Positions 19,603 to 29,903 of a stretch of 64,000 nt of DNA are shown here, in pieces. Where the stretch lies: assembly GCA_965248055.1 (NCBI GenBank), contig CBDFIJ010000004.1, positions 1,152,001 to 1,216,000 on the forward strand, written 5' to 3'. Made by a program: the position numbers and the translations under genes. This DNA is from Candidatus Multivoradales bacterium (GTDB lineage Bacteria; Acidobacteriota; Thermoanaerobaculia; Multivoradales; JAHEKO01). The stretch's first letter is position 1, and the number at the start of each line of letters is the position of its first letter. Below the pieces are notes generated by a model. It did no database searches and was not told the origin of the DNA. It was given only the letters and a program-made list of their open reading frames with translations.

Positions 19603-20897
19603 CCGTCGCTGCCTGGGTACGAAGTTTCCAAGGTTGCGTGTTGGGGTTCTTCGGGTAGCAAGAACCGATCGATTTTTCGCAAGTATTGCTTCTTGTCCTC
19701 ACTAATCAACAGAACATAGGAACCTGAGTGGACCGTGATCGAAGCGTCATTCCACTCTGTGCCCAATAGCCAGCGATCGCGCTCACCGGTAGCCGGATCA
19801 ATGCGGTCTAGGTAGACGTGATCCTCTGGTCCCGACGCCACCACAACTAGGCGCGACTCCTGCGCATCCCACGCCATCGAATAAATCGCCCCCTTGAAAC
19901 CGAAAACAAACACAGAACTAGCGTTCGCCTCGGTTCCCTCGCCAACTTCGTCAACCGGAGCGGTCAAATCTTAGCCACGGGTCTCTAGAAACTCACCTAT
20001 GTCCTCTTGCATCGCTTCTGCGAACGCCTCCCGCGGATTGCTAATGCTCTCCAAGTCGTCTTTTGACTTGCCGGAAGCAGCGAGCATCTTTTTCAGGATC
20101 ACTTCCTCTGACTCCGGCTCGTCCGGAACCGCAGCATCGGTAATCGACGCGGTCGCTCTCAGGTCTCGGTTGAGCACCGAAATTCGATATCCGCTACCGG
20201 CAGCTGCATATCTGAGCCGATCATTCTGGCTCGCCAAGACCAAGTTGTCGCCCTGGAGAATTCGAGGGCCCTCTGCTTCAACTTCCTCAGTTGCTTCAAC
20301 GTCGAGGCCGGCTGCCCCAATTTCTCCTTCTTTGTCCAAACGCAAAATTCGACTGCACGGATAGTCATCATTCTCGTTCATCGGATGATCGTCCCCACAG
20401 AACACCGGACTACGGCCAAGGATCCAATCGCCTCCCGCAGCCGCTAACTCCTGCGTGATCATCGGAGTCCTGAAAGACCCGGTTCTCGCATCGCCGGCGA
20501 GATCAAAAACTTAGACCTCGAACAAAACAAGGACGCCGATCTCCCGCTCGTTGACCGCAAATGCAGAAGCACTTCGATGCCACGATTCGGCAAAACCAAA
20601 CTGCATCTTGTCTTTCTTCTCAGCCTGATCCGACACGATCTCCGCGTCAGCTAAGGGCAGTGTTTCCCCGGCTTTCTTACCGTTCTGTTCATAGAACGAA
20701 ACCACGGACGAGTCGCGATCGAAAAGGGCAAACCCCCCATCCGGAGTACTCGACAGAAGTAAGCGTCCGTGCTCGCCATCCATCCATTCGCCGACATCAG
20801 TTTCGGTAAGTTTCGCCAACTCGATCAGTGGTTGCGCAGCAACAGAAACGCCCGTAAGCCACGTCAAGACTATTGCAAGCTGTGCAATCCAACGCAT
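19599..20897 (-). pseudogene. Exported, possibly beta-propeller protein interrupted by two in-frame TAA stops
   Basis: ORFs 20511-20897, 19971-20462 and 19599-19967 share one frame, broken only by TAA at 20511-20513 and 19971-19973; N-terminal signal peptide. Confidence 0.7.
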
Positions 20898-21018
20898 TGT
20901 GGAATTCCTCCGACTTCTACCGTACTTCAGCCTATCTAGCTCAAGTTCCTAGCGCTTTCCACCAGGATGGTAGCACCCCCATTTTGGCAAACTCAAACAA
21001 GCGGATAGGATTTCGCCC

Positions 21019-21285
21019 ATGACTACCTACAACCGCCGCTACCGCACCATAGCCACCAACGCCATCCACGCTGGACGACCTGAACCACCGATTTCTGACG
21101 CGGTGATCACGCCGGTTTTTCAATCAGCCAATTACCTGATGGCAGATGAGACCGAGTACGAGACGGTACGCTATATCCGTCTCAACAACTCACCCAACCA
21201 TCACTCGTTGCACGCACGGTTGCAGCATTGGCTTGCTCGAATGAACGGCGTCAATATCCATAGGACCCTTCTATGCGTTCGGTAG
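21019..21285 (+). pseudogene. Truncated 5' copy (68 codons) of the transsulfuration gene at 23451
   Basis: 21019-21222 aligns without gaps to 23451-23654, then runs into unrelated sequence. Confidence 0.85.
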
Positions 21286-22475
21286 CCATTCTTGGCGCAG
21301 GTGTTCAGGGCATTTGTGCTGCCCTCGCATTGCAAGCGAAGGGCTGGAACGTCTCACTGGTCGAACAGGATCCAGAAGCGATGCTGCGCGCCAGCCTGAG
21401 AAACGAGGGCAAGATCCACTTGGGCTTTACTTACGCAAAAGATCCGAGTTTTCGCACTAGTCAGTTGATGTTGGAATCCGGGTTGACTTTCGCGCCCTTG
21501 ATCGATCAGTGGGTGCCACAATCAGTGGATTGGGCCGGTCTTCGATCACGGCCGTTCACCTACCTGGTGATGCAAGACTCCGATGTTGATGCCATCAGCC
21601 TGTTTCAGCACTACGAACGAATAGATCGGGTCTTTCACGAAATCGACCAGCCTTGGCATCACTACCTTGGCACCAAGCCAGACCACCTTTGGTGTCAAAC
21701 AGATCCGCTCCGAGAAGTCGCATCAGAAGCTGTACAAGCCACCGTAAAAACCGCCGAAGCGGCACTTAACCTCGCCAAGTTTCGGAGAGTGTTAATCCAA
21801 GCAATTGACGAGTCCGAACACATCTCCTGCGTTTTCAACCACCGGGTTGAATCAGTCGTGCGTCAATCCCAAGGGTTTTCTGTCGGCGGGACCAACGGTG
21901 ATGGGCAAAGTTGGCAACTTCACACTGACGCTGTGGTCAATTGTCTATGGGAAAACCGATTGAAATTTGACAATGGCTTAGGGATTAAGCCAAGCCGACC
22001 ATGGGTCTATCGATTGAAATACCGCGTCTTGGGCAAGCTACCAAAGACTCTCAAGGATCTACCCTCTCTGTCTCTTGTACTGGGTTCTTATGGAGACATC
22101 GTGCCGATGCCAGACGCGTCCTATATCTCGTGGTACCCAGCCTGTCGACGTGGCTGGGCCGAGGACCTCACTGTTCCCCAGGAGTGGCTGCAGCCCTGTC
22201 GCGGTCAAGTCGAAGCGAAGACGGCAAGTGAAATCACTTCTCAAACATATCGAGAGCTCAATAAGATCATCCCGGGAATCGCCGCTACGCGGACTACTGC
22301 GGTCGATGCGGGCGTCATCTTTTCTTGGGGGAATACCGATATCGACCACGCAAAGAGCGAGCTCCACAATCGGCATGCAATCGGAATTACGGAAAGTGAC
22401 GGTTACTTCTCGATCGACACCGGAAAACTGACCTGCGCTCCTTTGTTCGCAGCCCAACTAGCAGCGCGGATCTAG
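21273..22475 (+). CDS. FAD-dependent oxidoreductase (DAO-like)
   Basis: VAILGAGVQG Rossmann motif, ASLRNEGKIHLG, C-terminal TGKLT. Confidence 0.85.
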   Translation: MRSVAILGAGVQGICAALALQAKGWNVSLVEQDPEAMLRASLRNEGKIHLGFTYAKDPSFRTSQLMLESGLTFAPLIDQWVPQSVDWAGLRSRPFTYLVMQDSDVDAISLFQHYERIDRVFHEIDQPWHHYLGTKPDHLWCQTDPLREVASEAVQATVKTAEAALNLAKFRRVLIQAIDESEHISCVFNHRVESVVRQSQGFSVGGTNGDGQSWQLHTDAVVNCLWENRLKFDNGLGIKPSRPWVYRLKYRVLGKLPKTLKDLPSLSLVLGSYGDIVPMPDASYISWYPACRRGWAEDLTVPQEWLQPCRGQVEAKTASEITSQTYRELNKIIPGIAATRTTAVDAGVIFSWGNTDIDHAKSELHNRHAIGITESDGYFSIDTGKLTCAPLFAAQLAARI

Positions 22476-22477
22476 TT

Positions 22478-23380
22478 GTGCAGGAGAACCAATATCCACT
22501 CGTCTCGATTGGCATCCCTTTGTACCGTGCTCGCCCGTTCGTCGTCCGGATTCTCGATAACATCAAAGGTATTGACTACCCCAACGTTGAATACTTGATC
22601 GCCGATCAACATTGCCTCGACGACGCGATCCAATTGTTGCGCGGGCAACTGCCCTCCAGCTCCCGAGTTCGCTTTTTCGAGACCGCCGATCAACTCCCAT
22701 GGTTCGACAACTACAGCTTCCTACTTCGAAACGCAGTTGGCCGATACTTTCGACTGCTGGCACAAGACGACTCAATGCCACCAAACTCCATCGCTCATGC
22801 GGTACGAGCGTTGGAGAGAGATCCGAGCGCGGTCGTCGCGTATGGCCCGGTACAAGTCGTTGATATCGATGGTGCGCTCATCGCTGACGATCGGCGCGCT
22901 TACGACAAGAACAAGCCTTGGTCACGTTGGCAATCTTTGGTGGTATTCGCCGGAACACGCTACGGTGGCGCTACCCACGGGATCATTCGTCGCCGCGCCT
23001 ATGCGGAAAACGACCTCTTCTTGCCACCAACTCACGCTCACACCGGACTCTCATTTCGCGTTTTGTTTTTCGCTTTGTCACTGCGAGGGCGATTTTACTA
23101 CGTGTCTCAATACATCACTGAGAGATGTGTTCACCCAGACAGCTTTACCTCAATATTTTGGAACTACCCACTCAAAGACCAAGTCTTAAAACTCTTGAGT
23201 TATTACCGCGTTGCCCTGAAATTCTGGCGCCGGTCTACCGATTCGTGGTTCGAGCGGTGGATCGCAGGACCTGTTCTGCTCTCTGCTGCAACTATAACGA
23301 TCCCCTGTCTACGCTTCATAAGTCGCCTGTCCTCCACTCGCTATACCATTGTCAATGCGAGAAAGGCTGGAAGAAACTGA
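22478..23380 (+). CDS. Glycosyltransferase family 2
   Basis: PLVSIGIPLY start, YF..LAQDD motif. Confidence 0.85.
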   Translation: MQENQYPLVSIGIPLYRARPFVVRILDNIKGIDYPNVEYLIADQHCLDDAIQLLRGQLPSSSRVRFFETADQLPWFDNYSFLLRNAVGRYFRLLAQDDSMPPNSIAHAVRALERDPSAVVAYGPVQVVDIDGALIADDRRAYDKNKPWSRWQSLVVFAGTRYGGATHGIIRRRAYAENDLFLPPTHAHTGLSFRVLFFALSLRGRFYYVSQYITERCVHPDSFTSIFWNYPLKDQVLKLLSYYRVALKFWRRSTDSWFERWIAGPVLLSAATITIPCLRFISRLSSTRYTIVNARKAGRN

Positions 23381-23450
23381 GCGCTGACTTCTCCGTCGTC
23401 GAACCCTCACCAACGGTAACCGGCTTAGCTACTACCGATACTATTTGGTG

Positions 23451-24614
23451 ATGACTACCTACAACCGCCGCTACCGCACCATAGCCACCAACGCCATCCA
23501 CGCGGGACGACCTGAACCACCGATTTCTGATGCGGTGATCACCCCAATTTTCCAATCCGCCAATTATTTGATGGCGGATGAGGCTGAGTACGAGGCAGTG
23601 CGGTATATACGGCTCAACAACTCGCCCAACCACCACTCGTTGCACGCGCGGTTGGCCGCGCTGGAAAACGGCGAGGCGGCATTGGTCACAGCCAGTGGCA
23701 TGGCGGCGATCTCGGCGGCGGTTCTTTCCATCGTCAGCCAAGGCGACCACATCCTGGCGCAGTCGACCCTCTACGGCGGCACCCAAACCTTTTTTGATCA
23801 TGACCTGCCTCGCTGGGGAGTGACCTCAACCCAAGTTGACCTAACCCGACCAGAGACCTGGGAAGCCGCGGTCTCGTCAAGCACCAAGATCTTCTACCTG
23901 GAGTCGATCTCCAACCCGTTGATGGAAGTCGGCGACTTAGAGGCTGCGGTCGCGTTCGCCAAGGAACATGGGCTCATCACGGTCATCGATAACACCTTTG
24001 CCACCCCCGTCAATTTTCGACCGATCGAGATTGGCATCGACTTAGTGATACACAGCGCCACCAAGTACTTGAACGGTCACAGCGACATCGTTGCTGGTGC
24101 GGTCATTGGCAGTCAGGAAGCCGTCACTCGGGTCAACTCGTCGTTGGTCCACCTCGGGGGTACCTTGGACCCGCACGCCGCCTTCTTGCTTGAGCGCGGC
24201 ATCAAGACCTTAGCTCTGCGCGTGCCGCAGCAGAGTTCCAACGCTCTGCAGTTGGCGGAATTTCTAGATCAACATTCAGCCGTGGAGAGGGTCCGTTACC
24301 CCGGTCTTGCGAGCGATCCCGGCCACCGGACAGCCTCTCAACTGTTTGACGGCTACGGCGGCATGCTGGGCTTCTACACAACCGACGCAGCCCGGGCGGA
24401 ATCGTTTCTCGACAAGGTCAAGATCCCAATCCACGCAGCTAGCCTGGGCGGCATTGAGTCTTTGGTGGTACGCCCCTCGCGCAGTTCGCACTTGGGCATG
24501 GACCCTGATGATCGCGAGCGACTCGGCATCACCGATGCGCTGATTCGGGTCTCGGTGGGGATCGAGGATATTGGCGAGTTGATCGAGGATTTCGATCGAG
24601 CGTTGGGAGATTAA
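23451..24614 (+). CDS. PLP-dependent transsulfuration enzyme (Cys/Met metabolism family)
   Basis: ASGMAAI, ESISNP, DNTFATP, HSATKYLNGHSD, SLGGIESL, RVSVGIED. Confidence 0.95.
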   Translation: MTTYNRRYRTIATNAIHAGRPEPPISDAVITPIFQSANYLMADEAEYEAVRYIRLNNSPNHHSLHARLAALENGEAALVTASGMAAISAAVLSIVSQGDHILAQSTLYGGTQTFFDHDLPRWGVTSTQVDLTRPETWEAAVSSSTKIFYLESISNPLMEVGDLEAAVAFAKEHGLITVIDNTFATPVNFRPIEIGIDLVIHSATKYLNGHSDIVAGAVIGSQEAVTRVNSSLVHLGGTLDPHAAFLLERGIKTLALRVPQQSSNALQLAEFLDQHSAVERVRYPGLASDPGHRTASQLFDGYGGMLGFYTTDAARAESFLDKVKIPIHAASLGGIESLVVRPSRSSHLGMDPDDRERLGITDALIRVSVGIEDIGELIEDFDRALGD

Positions 24615-25432
24615 TACAACTGGGATCCTAACAATAAACCGATCCAGATCAGGAATGTGGCGACAGTCCAAGTCACTAAAAACTTTTCTTCGCCCAGGGA
24701 TTTCATCCGTCGACGAACCGCCCACGCCCCGACACACCAACTCACAACGGCAAGGGTCCAGACCTGAGCGCTTGAACTTGCAGATTGCGCCGCAACCCTG
24801 GCACCAGTAAGTAGGATCATCCACGCTACGAGCCCCGCTAGGGCCCCGATCGATAGCCCAACCGCAAGTTGGTCACCCACCGCCACAACCCTCTTTACCG
24901 GAGATAGAAAAACAGAGGGCACTACCCACATCACAATGAGTCCGAGCACGATCGGACCGATGCCCAGACGCAAAAGAAGTAACCCCATTATCGCCATCGG
25001 TACGATCACCACAAGAAACGCTGCAAGCCGTTCGGAGGGTGTTGGCTCAGGATCACAATCGCACTGAATACCACCCTGCACCGGGGAGAACATCCTCCGA
25101 TTCGCGGCAAAGACTCGATACGCCAGCCCAGCCAGGTGCGAGATCCCCGGAACTCCCAACAGCCAAGCAGTTATCTTCTTGCCACTCGCAACTTGCATTT
25201 CATGAATCGCTTCCATACCGCCCACAGTACGACCGCTAATCGGGTCGTGTAGCAGCATCTGTTTTTCGATTCCGGCAGCCTGCATCGTTTCAGCTTGCTC
25301 GGGCGGAAGATCTTGGAACGCGATCACTCGATGTGGGCTCGTCCATTTCCGACCCCGCAGTCGATCCGCCGCTCGGCTACAAACCGAGCAGTTTCCGTCG
25401 TAAACGATTAGTCGTTGGGAGCTCTCGGTCAT
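24611..25432 (-). CDS. DCC1/DUF393 thiol-disulfide oxidoreductase-like protein with C-terminal TM helices
   Basis: VYDGNCSVC motif, Y..FA.NR, hydrophobic C-terminus. Confidence 0.8.
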   Translation of the reverse strand: MTESSQRLIVYDGNCSVCSRAADRLRGRKWTSPHRVIAFQDLPPEQAETMQAAGIEKQMLLHDPISGRTVGGMEAIHEMQVASGKKITAWLLGVPGISHLAGLAYRVFAANRRMFSPVQGGIQCDCDPEPTPSERLAAFLVVIVPMAIMGLLLLRLGIGPIVLGLIVMWVVPSVFLSPVKRVVAVGDQLAVGLSIGALAGLVAWMILLTGARVAAQSASSSAQVWTLAVVSWCVGAWAVRRRMKSLGEEKFLVTWTVATFLIWIGLLLGSQLY

Positions 25433-25477
25433 GATCTTGCTGCTATCGAGACACCATTCATCGCCGTAGATCCGCGT

Positions 25478-25945
25478 CTACTCCGCAGTTAGCAGCGTGA
25501 GCACCCGAGCCGGGTGATCTGCCGCCTTACCCACGCGCTTCCAGTGTTTCTTGACCACGCCGTCGGGTCCGATCCAGGTGGTCGAGCGGTTGACGCCAAT
25601 CTTCAGCTTGCCGTACATCATCTTTTCGCCCCAGGCTCCGTACTCGGCCATAACCTTCCTATCCGGATCAGAAAGCAGCGTGAACGGCAGCTTGTGGTTG
25701 CCGATGAATTTCTGGTGCGCGTCGCCCCCATCTGGGGACACACCCACAACTTCAGCACCCACAGCGCGAATCTCGTCCCACAGGTCGCGGAATGCGCAGG
25801 CCTCCTTAGTACAACCGGGCGTCTCATCACGAGGGTAGAAGTAGAGGATCAAATCCTTGCCGCGAAAATCGGCCAGAGAGACATCCGACCCCTCTTGATC
25901 CTGGAGCGTCCAGTCGGGGGCGGGAGTTCCTTCGGTGATTGGCAT
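25478..25945 (-). CDS. bcp: Peroxiredoxin BCP
   Basis: LYFYPRDETPGCTKEACAFRD. Confidence 0.93.
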   Translation of the reverse strand: MPITEGTPAPDWTLQDQEGSDVSLADFRGKDLILYFYPRDETPGCTKEACAFRDLWDEIRAVGAEVVGVSPDGGDAHQKFIGNHKLPFTLLSDPDRKVMAEYGAWGEKMMYGKLKIGVNRSTTWIGPDGVVKKHWKRVGKAADHPARVLTLLTAE

Positions 25946-26063
25946 TGCACTTTCCTCTTTAGATAGGGGCCTACGAAGTGCAACTCTACGGCATCACTTG
26001 AGCCCGTGCGACGCCCTGGTTACAGAGAGGGACTCAACAACGATTTCAAGCGTACAAGGAGTT

Positions 26064-26126
26064 GACCGTAATACGGTCTATATCAACCGGATTACGGTTG
26101 CTATGGACCGCAAAGCGGTCTATCCT
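26064..26126 (+). promoter_or_regulatory. Triple palindromic operator RACCG-N5-CGGTY overlapping a sigma70-type promoter
   Basis: Palindromes start at 26064, 26085 and 26106; TTGCTA(26098)-N17-TATCCT(26121). Confidence 0.75.
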
Positions 26127-26152
26127 GGTATCAAGTACCCGTTGCCAGTACC

Positions 26153-26500
26153 ATGAGACACCTCACCCTCGACGCCGTTTTCGGCAATACCTCTGCTACC
26201 AGGGTTCTGTTATTTCTTCAGAACTACGATGAGGCTTATGCCACCCGCATTGCCCGAACCTACGAAGACATGGCCGTCAGTCGGGCGAAGGAACAACTGG
26301 ATAAGTTCGAGACCGCAGGTTTGCTGGTCAGCCGAATGATTGGTCGTTCCCGCGTCTACTACTGGAACCAGAGGAACCCCACGGTCGCACCGCTTCGAGA
26401 CTTCCTGCAAGCGACCCTAGACTCCTTACCCGTGGAAACCCAACAGCTTTATTACCGCCAGCGTCAGAGGCCACGACGAGGAGGCAAGCCTCTGCGGTGA
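26153..26500 (+). CDS. Winged-helix DNA-binding protein (putative antitoxin/autorepressor)
   Basis: VLLFL...YATRIAR...QLDKFETAGLLVSRMIGRSRVYYWN wHTH pattern. Confidence 0.75.
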   Translation: MRHLTLDAVFGNTSATRVLLFLQNYDEAYATRIARTYEDMAVSRAKEQLDKFETAGLLVSRMIGRSRVYYWNQRNPTVAPLRDFLQATLDSLPVETQQLYYRQRQRPRRGGKPLR

Positions 26501-27066
26501 GTCCACCTCTTTCCATGATCACCGCTAAGACTTCACTGCTAGAAGTTGCCGCGTTTGTTTCTCAGGCGCTCATAGACGCAGGGATCAAAGCGGTCCTATC
26601 AGGGGGTGGGGCAGTCTCAACGTACACCCACAATCGATACGAGTCTGCGGATCTCGACTTCGTGTGCTCCGCCGAAACAAAACGCATCGAGAAAGCGATC
26701 GCCCATCTTGGCTTCAAGAGAGGCGACAAGTGGCATACGCGATATTTTGAACACCCGGAAGCTCGATGGTTGCTGGAGTTCCCACCGGGACCTGTCAGTT
26801 TTGGGGGAACCCGGGTGGACTCCGATCAGGACTTCGAACGTATTGACACCCAGCGAGGCACCCTCATCATCATCACTCCAACCCAGTGCGTCATGGATCG
26901 GCTCGCCGCGTACATTCATTGGAGCGATCAACAGTCCTTTGACCAAGCCATCCTAGTGGCTCGAAATCATCCAGTCGAATGGCATCTGCTTGAGAAATGG
27001 GCCGTTGAGGAGGGTATTACACCTAAGCGATTCGAGTACTTCCGCGCCCAAGTCCACCGACAGTAG
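26497..27066 (+). CDS. Pol-beta-superfamily nucleotidyltransferase-like protein (putative toxin)
   Basis: VLSGGGAVS...SADLDFV (GG...DxD); GTGA overlap with the wHTH gene. Confidence 0.7.
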   Translation: MSPPLSMITAKTSLLEVAAFVSQALIDAGIKAVLSGGGAVSTYTHNRYESADLDFVCSAETKRIEKAIAHLGFKRGDKWHTRYFEHPEARWLLEFPPGPVSFGGTRVDSDQDFERIDTQRGTLIIITPTQCVMDRLAAYIHWSDQQSFDQAILVARNHPVEWHLLEKWAVEEGITPKRFEYFRAQVHRQ

Positions 27067-27158
27067 AAAGCAAGATCGCTCCAAAATATCCATAGCATGT
27101 GTGATGGCACGCCATCAATTCCTTCACTCTCAACCAGTCCGGTTTCGAAGAAGAGGAC

Positions 27159-29810
27159 CTACCCCTTCGCGTCGTACCAAGTCTTGCCACTGCCCAAGTC
27201 CACCACTAACGGAACTTTCAACTCCTCCACTCCGCTCATCTCCTCGACCACCAATTGAGAGACTTCTTCGACCTGGCCCTCGGGGCACTCGACCACCAGT
27301 TCGTCATGCACCGTCAGCAACAGACTGGCGTCGGGGAACTGGTCTCGCAGCTTATGGTCGACGGCGATCATCGCCAGTTTGAGGATGTCGGCGGCGGTGC
27401 CTTGAATGCGGGCGTTGATTGCCATGCGTCGAGCGTTTTCGCGCACCGCTCGGTTACGGTTGTTGAGCTCGGGTAGCCAGCGAGGACGACCGTGCAAGGT
27501 TTCGACTTTGCCCTCAGCTTCAGCGTCGGCAATGGTCGAGTCGATGTAGACCTGGACCTTGGGGTAGCGCGCCAAATAGGTATCGATGAACGATTGGGCG
27601 TCTTTGGGCGGGATCTTCAGGTTCTGGGCCAATCCCCAGGCACTCATGCCATAGAGGATGCCGAAGTTGATCACCTTGGCAGCGCGCCGTTGTTCTGCGG
27701 TGATGAACTCTCGCGCCAGTCCCAGCACCTTGGAGGCGGTCGACAGGTGGATGTCCTCTCCAGCGGCGAAGGCGGCCAGCATTTCCTCTTCCTCGGCGAT
27801 GTGTGCCAATAAACGCAATTCGATCTGACTATAGTCAGCCACTACCAACTGATAGCCGTCGCGGGCGAGAAAGGCCTTGCGGATCTCTTGTCCGCGTTTG
27901 GTGCGAATCGGAATATTCTGCAAGTTGGGGTTGGAGGAGGACAAGCGGCCGGTCGCCGCGCCCACTTGATTGTAGCGGGTATGCAAGCGGCCGTCGTCAC
28001 CCACGATCAACGGCAAGGCGTCGATATAGGTCGATAGCAATTTGGACAGCTCACGGTGTTCCAAAATCAAGGTCGGGAGCGGTAGCCCTTGATCGGCCAA
28101 CGCCTGCAGAGTTGCCGCCGAGGTCGAATAACTCTTGGTCTTCTTGGTCTTTTTCAACACTGGGTAGCCGAGCTTCTCGAACAAAATCACGCCCATCTGC
28201 TTAGGCGACTGGAGGTTGAACTCCTCTCCGGCTAGGTCAAAAATCTTGCTCTGCAACTGTTCCAACTCAGCGGTCACCCCCACCGACAGCTCAGCGAGAA
28301 AATCGCTATCCAACTCGATGCCGGTCTGTTCCATCGCCAGCAACACCGGAATCAAGGGTTCTTCAATTTCTCGATAGATCTTCGCGATCTCTGGGTCTTG
28401 CTCGGGCTTGAGCAATTCCGCCAACCGGCTGACCAGGCTCGCCCGCTCTCCAGCCCACATCGCCAACTCGGTCGCACCCAGCATTGGCACCTGCCCTTTC
28501 TCCCAACCGACCTCCGTGGCGGTCAACATCGGGTGCTGAAAGCGCTCAAAAACCGTTTCGGCCAAAGCTAAGCCCCGGTTCCCTGGCGGAATCAGTTGGC
28601 TCAGAATCATGGTGTCTACCAAACGGCAGGCGGGGCTGGGCAACCCGAGGCGGGCCAGGTCTGACTTGAGGTCGTGCCCGGCAAGCACATGGGCAGAGTC
28701 CGCGACCCATTCAGAGAGACCATCGGTGATCATGTCGCCCAGTTCAGAGTTCCGCAGATCGACAAAGAAGCTCTCACCGGCGTCGTCGGCAGAACCCGCT
28801 CCCTCGGGAACAAAGACCACCCCCTCCACTCCGTCCTGTTCCCAGGAGTTGAGTACGCAGCTCTCGCCCAGCGAGGACAGCCGAGCTTTGAGTTCGTCCA
28901 GCTCGGTGACCTCGACCGATGGGTCGATCGACACCCCGGAACCAATCGTCACTCCCTCATTGCGAATCTCTTCCAGCAAGGAAAAGAACTCCAGCTCGCG
29001 CAGAACCTCTCCCAACGCCTCCGGATCTGGCGGGTCCACCGTGTAGTTTCTGAGGTTGAACTCAATCGGCAGGTCACGGTGGATGGTGACCAACTCCTTG
29101 GACATCTCAGCATCGTCGCGATGTTGCTCCAACCCTTCTCGGTAGGCCTTGCGCGGTACTTCAGCGGCTCGATCCAACAGCGACTCCAACGAGCCGAACT
29201 CACGAATCAAGCTGACCGCCCCTTTGGCACCGATGCCCTTGACCCCAGGCACGTTGTCCACCGCGTCGCCTTGCAACGCCAGCACATCGACCACCTGTTC
29301 GGGAGGTACTCCGAAGTCCTGCTCGACTAGTTCCGGCCGGTAGAGCTTGTCGCGACCGGTGTGCAACAGCGATACGTGAGGCCCGACCAACTGCATCAGA
29401 TCTTTGTCGGCGCTCACCAGCACCACGTCGACGCCTTCGGCTTCTGCCTTGGCGGCCAAGGTCCCCAGTACGTCATCCGCCTCGTACTTCTCCAGATCAA
29501 CCACCGGAATATTGAATGCCTCGATCACCCGGCGTACCCACGGAATCTGCACCTTGAGGTCGTCGGGAGTCGGTCGTCGATTCGCTTTGTATTCAGAAAA
29601 CGTGTCGTCTCGAACCGTTGGACCGGCGAGATCGAACGCAACCCCTATGTATTCTGGATTCTCATCCTTGAGCAGCTTGCGCAGGGTCTTGATAAAGCCG
29701 TAGGTGGCATTGGTCGGGAGGCCTGCGGAGTTGGTCAACGAGCGGATCGCGTAGAACGATCGGAAGATGTTCGAGTAACCGTCGATGAGAAAGAGTCTTG
29801 GTCGTGACAT
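27159..29810 (-). CDS. polA: DNA polymerase I
   Basis: LFLIDG 5'-3' exonuclease start, TGRLSSSNPNLQNIP, ADYSQIELR, VHDEL. Confidence 0.99.
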   Translation of the reverse strand: MSRPRLFLIDGYSNIFRSFYAIRSLTNSAGLPTNATYGFIKTLRKLLKDENPEYIGVAFDLAGPTVRDDTFSEYKANRRPTPDDLKVQIPWVRRVIEAFNIPVVDLEKYEADDVLGTLAAKAEAEGVDVVLVSADKDLMQLVGPHVSLLHTGRDKLYRPELVEQDFGVPPEQVVDVLALQGDAVDNVPGVKGIGAKGAVSLIREFGSLESLLDRAAEVPRKAYREGLEQHRDDAEMSKELVTIHRDLPIEFNLRNYTVDPPDPEALGEVLRELEFFSLLEEIRNEGVTIGSGVSIDPSVEVTELDELKARLSSLGESCVLNSWEQDGVEGVVFVPEGAGSADDAGESFFVDLRNSELGDMITDGLSEWVADSAHVLAGHDLKSDLARLGLPSPACRLVDTMILSQLIPPGNRGLALAETVFERFQHPMLTATEVGWEKGQVPMLGATELAMWAGERASLVSRLAELLKPEQDPEIAKIYREIEEPLIPVLLAMEQTGIELDSDFLAELSVGVTAELEQLQSKIFDLAGEEFNLQSPKQMGVILFEKLGYPVLKKTKKTKSYSTSAATLQALADQGLPLPTLILEHRELSKLLSTYIDALPLIVGDDGRLHTRYNQVGAATGRLSSSNPNLQNIPIRTKRGQEIRKAFLARDGYQLVVADYSQIELRLLAHIAEEEEMLAAFAAGEDIHLSTASKVLGLAREFITAEQRRAAKVINFGILYGMSAWGLAQNLKIPPKDAQSFIDTYLARYPKVQVYIDSTIADAEAEGKVETLHGRPRWLPELNNRNRAVRENARRMAINARIQGTAADILKLAMIAVDHKLRDQFPDASLLLTVHDELVVECPEGQVEEVSQLVVEEMSGVEELKVPLVVDLGSGKTWYDAKG

Positions 29811-29903
29811 TTCAGAATTCATACCATGGATTGACACAACAACCAGGGCTAACTACTCCGGAGCACTACTTACGGTACGAGTCAGCGCTAAGATAACGGC
29901 TCC

